Source: Methanothrix sp.
GTDB taxonomy: Archaea > Halobacteriota > Methanosarcinia > Methanotrichales > Methanotrichaceae
Length of the DNA stretch: 64,000 bases
Assembly (NCBI GenBank): GCA_037128175.1
Contig: JBAXWY010000002.1
Location: forward strand, 1 to 64,000
Direction: 5' to 3'
The notes beneath the pieces are model-generated. The model searched no databases and was not told the DNA's origin. It saw only the letters and a list, made by a program, of their open reading frames with translations. Of this stretch, positions 57,623 through 64,000 are shown in pieces. The translations under genes were made by a program, and so were the position numbers. Within the stretch, counting starts at the first letter, position 1. Every line of letters starts with the position of its first letter.

Positions 57623-58606
57623 ATGACGGAGTTAAGAAGACATTACTTTCTGGATGAATACTGCATCATCGCCGCCGAGCGCAAGAAAAGGCCGTCTGAT
57701 TTCCAGGTGGCAAAGACGGCCCCTGGAAACGAAACCGCATGCCCTTTTTGTCCGGGAAACGAGGAGATGACTCCACCTGCAGTTGCAGTTTACACTGAGC
57801 AAGGTGTATCATCCGATGGCCAGGAGAGGATTTCCGGTTGGGAGATGCGTGTCTTTCCCAATGTTTTCGCAGCCATGGTCCCATGCCCTGCGCCCGCCAC
57901 GACAGAATGGATGGCTCTGCCTGGGCAGGGCTTTCACGAGGTGATTGTAGACAGTCCCCAGCACGGTGAAAATCCGGCTGACTATGCAGAGGAGCACATG
58001 GAAATGCTCATCCAGGTCTACCGGGATCGCTATGTCCATTACTGTAGCAACAGCCTTGTGAAATATGTATCCATCTTCAAGAATTGGGGCAGGGAGGCGG
58101 GAGCATCATTATCGCACAGCCATTCTCAACTCGTCACTCTTCCCATTCTTCCGCCTCTGATTAAAAGAGAACTGGATGCCATCAGCCATGCCTCGCGTTG
58201 TCCGTTCTGCAATATCGTAGCGGAGGAGAAGGAGTCATGCCGGCTCATCGAGGAGAACGAGAACTGGATTCTCATTGCACCCTTCTATTCTCAGGCACCC
58301 TATGAGACCTGGATTTTGCCGAAGAGGCATTTTGCCAACCTCGGAGAGATGCATGAAGATGAAGGCAAGAGCCTGGCGGCCTTGTTAAAAAGGGCCCTGG
58401 GGAGCATGCGATCCGTCTTGAACGATCCGTCCTATAACTGCATGATCTTCCAGCTTCCTTTCGGCTACCACATCAACATCAGAATTCAGCCGGCCATTTC
58501 CAAAATCGCGGGATTTGAGAGGGGCACAGGAATGTACATCAACTCCATTGCCCCAGAGCAGGCCGCCGAGGATTTTAGGCATAAGCTAAAAGCGGCGAAA
58601 AGTTAA
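57623..58606 (+). CDS. galT: GalT-family sugar-phosphate nucleotidyltransferase
   Basis: ER.KRP, CPFCPGNE, HEVIV, N.G..AGASL.HSHSQ, CPFC, AGFE.GTG. Confidence 0.85.
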   Translation: MTELRRHYFLDEYCIIAAERKKRPSDFQVAKTAPGNETACPFCPGNEEMTPPAVAVYTEQGVSSDGQERISGWEMRVFPNVFAAMVPCPAPATTEWMALPGQGFHEVIVDSPQHGENPADYAEEHMEMLIQVYRDRYVHYCSNSLVKYVSIFKNWGREAGASLSHSHSQLVTLPILPPLIKRELDAISHASRCPFCNIVAEEKESCRLIEENENWILIAPFYSQAPYETWILPKRHFANLGEMHEDEGKSLAALLKRALGSMRSVLNDPSYNCMIFQLPFGYHINIRIQPAISKIAGFERGTGMYINSIAPEQAAEDFRHKLKAAKS

Positions 58607-58731
58607 TCAATTATCCGGCTATAGAGAATGAGAATTTGATTATTTCATTCCTAACGTATTTCATAAAGCGTATCGTACCGATAAAAGATCAATAACCATT
58701 AGCTGCAAGGCAAGACAATACTGGTGAATAG

Positions 58732-59895
58732 ATGCGAATTGCAATGCTCTCCTGGGAGAGCTTATACTCAATAAAGGTCGGTGGGGTGGCCCCCCACGTC
58801 TCAGAGATCTCGGAAGCGCTGGCTAGAAGGGGTCATGAAGTACATATCTTTACGCGGCGAGGCGATTTTGAGTCCTACGACAAGATCAATGGCGTCCATT
58901 ACCAGAGGGCCGATGTAGACGGCTCTGGAGATGTCCTGACTCAGATGAACCGCATGTGTGATGCACTTTACGATCGTTTCGGGGCAGTGCAAAATCTCTT
59001 TGGCAAATTCGATATATTGCATGGCCATGATTGGCATCCGGTGCCCGCTTTAACCCGTATAAAGGAGTACTTTGGCTTGCCCTTCCTTCTGACCATGCAC
59101 AGCTCGGAATGGGGCAGGAATGGAAACCACTTCGGTCACGGTATCTCTCAGGAGGTCTCCCATCGAGAGTGGCTGGGCTGCTATGATGCCGCCAAGGTGA
59201 TTGTGACCACCAGGCGCATGCAAGACGAGTTGATGTGGATATACAGCCTGCCTGAAGACAAGATCAGCATTATACCAAACGGCATCATTATGGGAAAGAT
59301 GAGAAAGGGGCTGGACGCCGGCCGGGTCAAGGAGAAGTACGCCATTCATCCCCTGGCTCCAATGGTGCTCTTCTGCGGCAGGATGAGCATCCAGAAGGGA
59401 CCGGACCTGTTGGTAGAGGCTGTGCCTCGTATCTTGAGAAACCGATCCGATGCTCGTTTTGTCTTCATGGGGGAGGGTGACATGAGGCAGGACTGCGAGA
59501 GGAGAGCTCGCGAGCTTGGCGTAGCGGATGCCTGCCGGTTCCTGGGATACACCTCCAGCGCCGAGAAAGAGGAGCTGGTCAATGCCTGCGACCTCATGTG
59601 CGTTCCCAGCAGAAACGAGCCTTTCGGCGTTGTGGTACTGGAAGCCTGGGATGCCTGCAAACCGGTAGTGGCGACGGAGGCGGTGAGCATAATTAACAAC
59701 TTCGAGGACGGCCTCCTGGCCTACATTCAGCCGGAGTCCATCGCCTGGTGCATAAACCGGCTGCTGGCCAATCCCGAGGAGATGATGAAGCTGGCAAGGG
59801 CAGGATGCAGCCGGATCGATGCCGAGTTTAGCTGGGATCGCATCGCCAAGAGGACGGAAGACGTTTATGAATTGGCAAGAAAACACGGCAGCTAG
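58732..59895 (+). CDS. GT4 alpha-glucosyltransferase
   Basis: WESL.SIKVGG, HGHDW, GR...QKG, PSRNEPFG.V.LEAW. Confidence 0.88.
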   Translation: MRIAMLSWESLYSIKVGGVAPHVSEISEALARRGHEVHIFTRRGDFESYDKINGVHYQRADVDGSGDVLTQMNRMCDALYDRFGAVQNLFGKFDILHGHDWHPVPALTRIKEYFGLPFLLTMHSSEWGRNGNHFGHGISQEVSHREWLGCYDAAKVIVTTRRMQDELMWIYSLPEDKISIIPNGIIMGKMRKGLDAGRVKEKYAIHPLAPMVLFCGRMSIQKGPDLLVEAVPRILRNRSDARFVFMGEGDMRQDCERRARELGVADACRFLGYTSSAEKEELVNACDLMCVPSRNEPFGVVVLEAWDACKPVVATEAVSIINNFEDGLLAYIQPESIAWCINRLLANPEEMMKLARAGCSRIDAEFSWDRIAKRTEDVYELARKHGS

Positions 59896-60006
59896 ATATC
59901 CTTTTTCTCTTTTTTTGTGCAATTGCCGGAAAGGCCCAGGTCGCCGGATCTTGGGAAATCTAACCGAAAGGTTCTTGAAGGGTGAGTAGCACAAAGGGCT
60001 CTTGGC

Positions 60007-60080
60007 GCCTCGATAGCTTAGCCCGGTATAGCGCGTCCTTGGTAAGGACGAGGTCGCGGGTTCGAATCCCGTCCGAGGCT
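60007..60080 (+). tRNA. tRNA-Thr(GGT)
   Basis: gcctcg/cgaggc acceptor stem, cgtcc-tt-ggt-aa-ggacg anticodon arm, GTTCGAATC. Confidence 0.95.
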
Positions 60081-60129
60081 TAATTTTCTTTTTATGCCGC
60101 CGTCTTTGTGCAAGTTGTATGACATTTTC

Positions 60130-61965
60130 TCAATTGCACATCTCCCAGGCCCTCAGCACCTCTGCCACCGACCAAGCCTGAGAGATGCATCCGCCCGGAC
60201 GCTGGGGGCAGTCGCCGTCAAAGACCTCGGGGATTGTGTCAATCCCGCCGGCATGCATGTTTATCAAGGGCCTGAGAAGCTCTCTGGCCTTTGCCAGGAC
60301 CGGCCCGGATCTGCCGTTCACAGAGAGCAGTGCATCAATGTACGGCCCCATGAGCCAGGGCCAGACGGTGCCCTGGTGATAGGCTCCATCTCTGCGATGA
60401 GGATCGCCCTCGTATCTGCCTCTATAGCGCGGATCGCGGGGTGAGAGTGTTCTTAGTCCGTAAGGCGTGAGCAATTCCCTTGTTACAACATCAAGAATGC
60501 TCGTTCTCATAACCAGAGGCAGCAGATCGGGAATTCCTGCCGCGATAATCTGGTTGGGACGGATGGATGCATCCTCATGGTCAATTACATCATAAAGGCA
60601 CCCGGTCTCACTATTCCAAAACCTCTGGTAGCTATGGCGTACCCTTTCGGCCAGCTCTGTAAACCCCGCATCTGATTTGTCTAAAGCCTCGCAAAGCTTC
60701 TGCATATCTCGCAAGGCAGAATACCAGAGGGCATTTATCTCGCAGCATTTTCCGGCTCGCGATGTCACCGGCCGGCCATCCAGACGAGCATCCATCCAGG
60801 TGAGCGCGGGCCCGGATATGATAAGACCATCTTCGCACCCTCCAAAGTCCTCTCCAGGCCGAGAATAGCGACGAAACACCTCTAGTAGCCTGGGCCAGAG
60901 CTGCCCGACAAACTCCCGGTCTTTAGAATATTCAAAATAGCGGCATACGGCCCGAACAAACCACAGGGATGCGTCCACGGTGTTGTAAGAGCCGGCCCCC
61001 AGATCGTTAGGCAAAACGCCATCGTTCATTGCTTTTGCGAAGGATTTCAAGACCTGCCTGGCATCCTCAAAGCGTCCTGTAGAGAGCAAGAGGCCAGGCA
61101 GAGAGATCATGGCGTCCCTACCCCAATCATCAAACCAGTGGTATCCGGCGATGAGGCTCATGCCTTGATCTCTTTTCACCAGGAAGGCGTCTGCGGCCTT
61201 TGCCAGATCCGGAATGGGGGCGGTTATCTTTTCCAGACGCTCCATTTCTTTTTTCTGCTCTGCCCGCCAGTCCGGCATGCCGGTCCTCCAGGTAGAGGCA
61301 GCAATGGCAAAGGCGGAGTCTCCCGATAGCTCGATCTCGAAATGGCCCGGCGTGAAGAGGTCCTCCTTCCAGGCTAAGCCCCGCAATCGTTCCTCTTCGT
61401 ACTCGAAGTTATGGTAAATCATCTCCTGCGGCACATAGGCAAGCCCGTCCGAGAATAGAGTGAGGCGGATGTCCGGGCGAAGACGTGATCGGAGAATCGT
61501 TCCCGCACCAAGAGGCTCCTGGCCCAGGGGCGGCAGAGGGGATGCAGCGTGAAAGCTCCTGCTGTGCACCAGGGGAACGATGGCAAACGTTCCCTGCCCA
61601 TTTTTAATTTTGTAGCTGATGATGGTGGTGTTCTCACCACGGATCATGAAAACGGTCTTCTCGATGCAGGTACTGCCCACTTGATAGCATAATCGAGGGA
61701 AGGGATCCGAACGAAACTCCTGCAGGTATTTGAATCCCTGGGGATGAATCACTCCAGGATATTGATGATTGGCCAGAGAAATGCCTGCGATCTCCTCGTC
61801 CAGGGAGCTGAGCAAAAGCCAGCGGTCCGCGGGAGGCTCCAGCGCCGCCACAAGAAGGCCGTGATAGGCCCGCGTGTTGCTGCCTACTATGGTGGCGGAG
61901 GCATAGCCGCCTAGATCGTTGGCCAGCAGCCACTCCCGGCCCGCGCCCTCAACATAACTAATCAT
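60130..61965 (-). CDS. Amylo-alpha-1,6-glucosidase (archaeal-type glycogen debranching enzyme)
   Basis: REWL..N..GGYA, AGY.WF.DWGRD..ISL.G, TWMDA, RPNQ, YHQGTVWPW, QAWS. Confidence 0.92.
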   Translation of the reverse strand: MISYVEGAGREWLLANDLGGYASATIVGSNTRAYHGLLVAALEPPADRWLLLSSLDEEIAGISLANHQYPGVIHPQGFKYLQEFRSDPFPRLCYQVGSTCIEKTVFMIRGENTTIISYKIKNGQGTFAIVPLVHSRSFHAASPLPPLGQEPLGAGTILRSRLRPDIRLTLFSDGLAYVPQEMIYHNFEYEEERLRGLAWKEDLFTPGHFEIELSGDSAFAIAASTWRTGMPDWRAEQKKEMERLEKITAPIPDLAKAADAFLVKRDQGMSLIAGYHWFDDWGRDAMISLPGLLLSTGRFEDARQVLKSFAKAMNDGVLPNDLGAGSYNTVDASLWFVRAVCRYFEYSKDREFVGQLWPRLLEVFRRYSRPGEDFGGCEDGLIISGPALTWMDARLDGRPVTSRAGKCCEINALWYSALRDMQKLCEALDKSDAGFTELAERVRHSYQRFWNSETGCLYDVIDHEDASIRPNQIIAAGIPDLLPLVMRTSILDVVTRELLTPYGLRTLSPRDPRYRGRYEGDPHRRDGAYHQGTVWPWLMGPYIDALLSVNGRSGPVLAKARELLRPLINMHAGGIDTIPEVFDGDCPQRPGGCISQAWSVAEVLRAWEMCN

Positions 61966-63458
61966 TTGCCCCCCAAGAGGGCGGCATCTACTGCCTTCAA
62001 CAGGCCTTTTCGCAGTCTTTCCCCCTTGATGCTCTTTAATTTAGCCATACGCTCTGCCAGAGGCGCATCTGCGAGGCTGGTCGCGGCCCAGATGGCCAGG
62101 TCCCCCCGGCTATTATGATAGTGCAGTGATTCGATAGATACGGTTTTTAAAATATTTTGCAGGCCGGCTAAGCTCCAGGCAACCTCTCCCGTGAACTGAT
62201 CCGTGTCTGTGGCAAAACGGAAGGGTGAATCGGCCAGGTGGGTCCTCATCTTAAGACGGTAGTGCAGGTCACATAGAACGCTAAAGTAAGTGACGGAGGC
62301 ATCATAAGGGATGCCGTAGGGGCTGAAGTAGCTGTGCACCTCTCCTGGGCCCCCGCCGTGAGTGAAAATGTAATAGAGATGATCGGATAAGAGAAGCGTC
62401 CTCCAAATCTGCAGAAGCTCTGGATCCCGGCTCTCTTTGACCGGCGCTTCGAGTCGCTTTTGGTAGATGAAGCAGGCCTGCTGCAAGGCATTTCCCAGCC
62501 AGCAGCTCGTATCCCTCTCCAGGTCCGCCCAGGAGACATAATTTGGCACAGATAACTCTCTTTCTGGAGGAGTGTCGCGGGCGATCTCGGCAGGCGTGGC
62601 AAAGCGGAGGTTCTCATGCCGGAGAACCTCTTTTGGCAGAACACGCAGGAACTCAAAGATGCCCGTGTCCGCCCACTGATGCTCGCCAAAGGTCTCATAG
62701 TCGCAGAAGATGTTTATGCACTGGCCGGGGGTGGCGGCGAGCCAGTTGGCATACTTGTCAGCAGTGAGAGGGTACTCTTCCCAGCTACGCGAGGAGAAGC
62801 GAAAGCCTATGTCGTCTGTGAGCTTGAAATTACGAAGCAGCAAAGATATGCCGGTTTGGGGTGGCCGGTAAACGTAATTGGGGTCGGCCACCACGCCCTC
62901 GGTGAAGACGGCCCGGTATCCCATGCTCTCGACCATTCCCGCAATCTCGTCATTGTAAATCAGCTCCGTATTCTCGAAGGTAGTAGGATAGAGCCCAAAA
63001 ATGTCCCAGATAAGCTCCTTATGCATCTTGACCTGCTCGAAAAATTCGCTTTTATCCTCGAAGAGGCTGGCCAAAGAGTGATAGTAGGTCTGCCCCATCA
63101 CCTCCACCCCGCCCGTCTCCACCAGCTTGACAAAGGAGTCCAAAACCTCGGGACGGTAGGCACGGCACTGCTCCAGGAAGACGCCAGAGAAGCTGTAAGC
63201 GACCTTAAAGGGCCTCTCCGATCCCTCATGCTTTCTAATGCACTCCAAGATCACCTCGTTGGCAGGCAGATAGCATTTGTCGGATACGCGCTCAAAGATC
63301 CTCCGATTCTCGGAATCATCGAAATAAAACTCCCGCAAATTGGGCACAGCCTCCCTTAGGGGGGAGCGATCCCAGAAGAAATTTTTCTTGAGCCGCAGCG
63401 GCTGGTGGACCTCAAAGCATAGGGATACGAGGGTCATGTTTTCTATATCCGGCTGCAA
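61962..63458 (-). CDS. GH57 alpha-amylase with extra C-terminal domain
   Basis: FEVHQP, TYYHSL, NTELIY, DYETFGEH, SWAD, SDH.YY. Confidence 0.92.
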   Translation of the reverse strand: MQPDIENMTLVSLCFEVHQPLRLKKNFFWDRSPLREAVPNLREFYFDDSENRRIFERVSDKCYLPANEVILECIRKHEGSERPFKVAYSFSGVFLEQCRAYRPEVLDSFVKLVETGGVEVMGQTYYHSLASLFEDKSEFFEQVKMHKELIWDIFGLYPTTFENTELIYNDEIAGMVESMGYRAVFTEGVVADPNYVYRPPQTGISLLLRNFKLTDDIGFRFSSRSWEEYPLTADKYANWLAATPGQCINIFCDYETFGEHQWADTGIFEFLRVLPKEVLRHENLRFATPAEIARDTPPERELSVPNYVSWADLERDTSCWLGNALQQACFIYQKRLEAPVKESRDPELLQIWRTLLLSDHLYYIFTHGGGPGEVHSYFSPYGIPYDASVTYFSVLCDLHYRLKMRTHLADSPFRFATDTDQFTGEVAWSLAGLQNILKTVSIESLHYHNSRGDLAIWAATSLADAPLAERMAKLKSIKGERLRKGLLKAVDAALLGGK

Positions 63459-63562
63459 AATATTTACATCCTTCGCGTGGCCTTCTCAATTATCCTCAAA
63501 TGAGCAAAAGATATAAATCCTCGAACTTATTTCTTAGTTGCTCCTGTGGGGGAATCAGGTAA

Positions 63563-63835
63563 ATGTTATTTGGAATGACAATGATCAAAGTTAGCTCTGG
63601 CCAGGAAAGATCGGTTTATGCCAATCTGCAAAAAAGGCCGGAAGTAAGGGACGTCTATCGTCTCTTTGGAGAGTATAGCTTCTTTCTAGTTATGCAGGCA
63701 GAAGAGAGAAATGGACTCTCCCGAATGCTTAGCGATATAAAAGAACGAGAGAATGTCATCAAGACCGGACCCTTCCTTCTCAGCGCAGAAGAGGGCGGCC
63801 CGAAGATGGACAGAACAGATTTCTTCTTTGGGTAA
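63563..63835 (+). CDS. Stand-alone Lrp/AsnC ligand-binding domain protein
   Basis: IKV..G.E..V...L...PEV..VY..FGEY. Confidence 0.8.
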   Translation: MLFGMTMIKVSSGQERSVYANLQKRPEVRDVYRLFGEYSFFLVMQAEERNGLSRMLSDIKERENVIKTGPFLLSAEEGGPKMDRTDFFFG

Positions 63836-63883
63836 AATCATCAGGTCCCTCGCTGTTTCGAGTGAGTCTCTATTCGGTAAAGA

Positions 63884-64000
63884 TTATCCTTTAGCGTTTT
63901 CGTCCGAGCAGCCAGTCTCCAGCAGAGGCGCAAACTTGGTACCGTAGTAGATTATGCCCTTGTCACCCTCTTTTCCCAGTATGCGAAATACAGGCCGTAC
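63884..64000 (-). CDS. 3' end of a DUF35-type Zn-ribbon/OB-fold protein (partial, runs off the window)
   Basis: Manual translation VRPVFRILGKEGDKGIIYYGTKFAP...*. Confidence 0.65.
   Translation of the reverse strand, partial: VRPVFRILGKEGDKGIIYYGTKFAPLLETGCSDENAKG

Noticed and set aside
59050-59994. 314-aa minus-strand ORF
   Set aside because: Antisense shadow of the GT4 gene

Overview
Archaeal chromosomal segment, most consistent with a Methanothrix (Methanosaeta)-like methanogen. This is an inference from Mtd, MtxA/MtxH, CooS/CooF, AcnX-type mevalonate-pathway genes, the aIF-1A/Rio1/Dim2 operon and an intron-containing tRNA. GC-rich core genes alternate with visibly AT-rich accessory blocks: (i) a type IIG-like restriction-modification gene whose 3' tail is duplicated around a decayed toxin-antitoxin pair; (ii) a secreted transglutaminase/TPR island bounded by direct hairpin repeats, in which two unrelated proteins share a ~70-aa N-terminal module; (iii) an ABC importer with an apparently circularly permuted binding protein, lying between IS200/IS605-like hairpins; (iv) a ~11.6 kb bacterial-style Wzm/Wzt glycan-export locus next to tRNA-Arg, with a Stealth phosphotransferase, a deacetylase, five glycosyltransferases and a Trm112-like/methyltransferase fusion. 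A glycogen/alpha-glucan cluster headed by a KaiC-like ATPase closes the window. Three tRNAs are present. No CRISPR array or intact transposase was seen. Two core genes (aIF-1A and the AcnX small subunit) appear to need non-canonical start codons. All family calls come from motif recognition by eye, not database searches.
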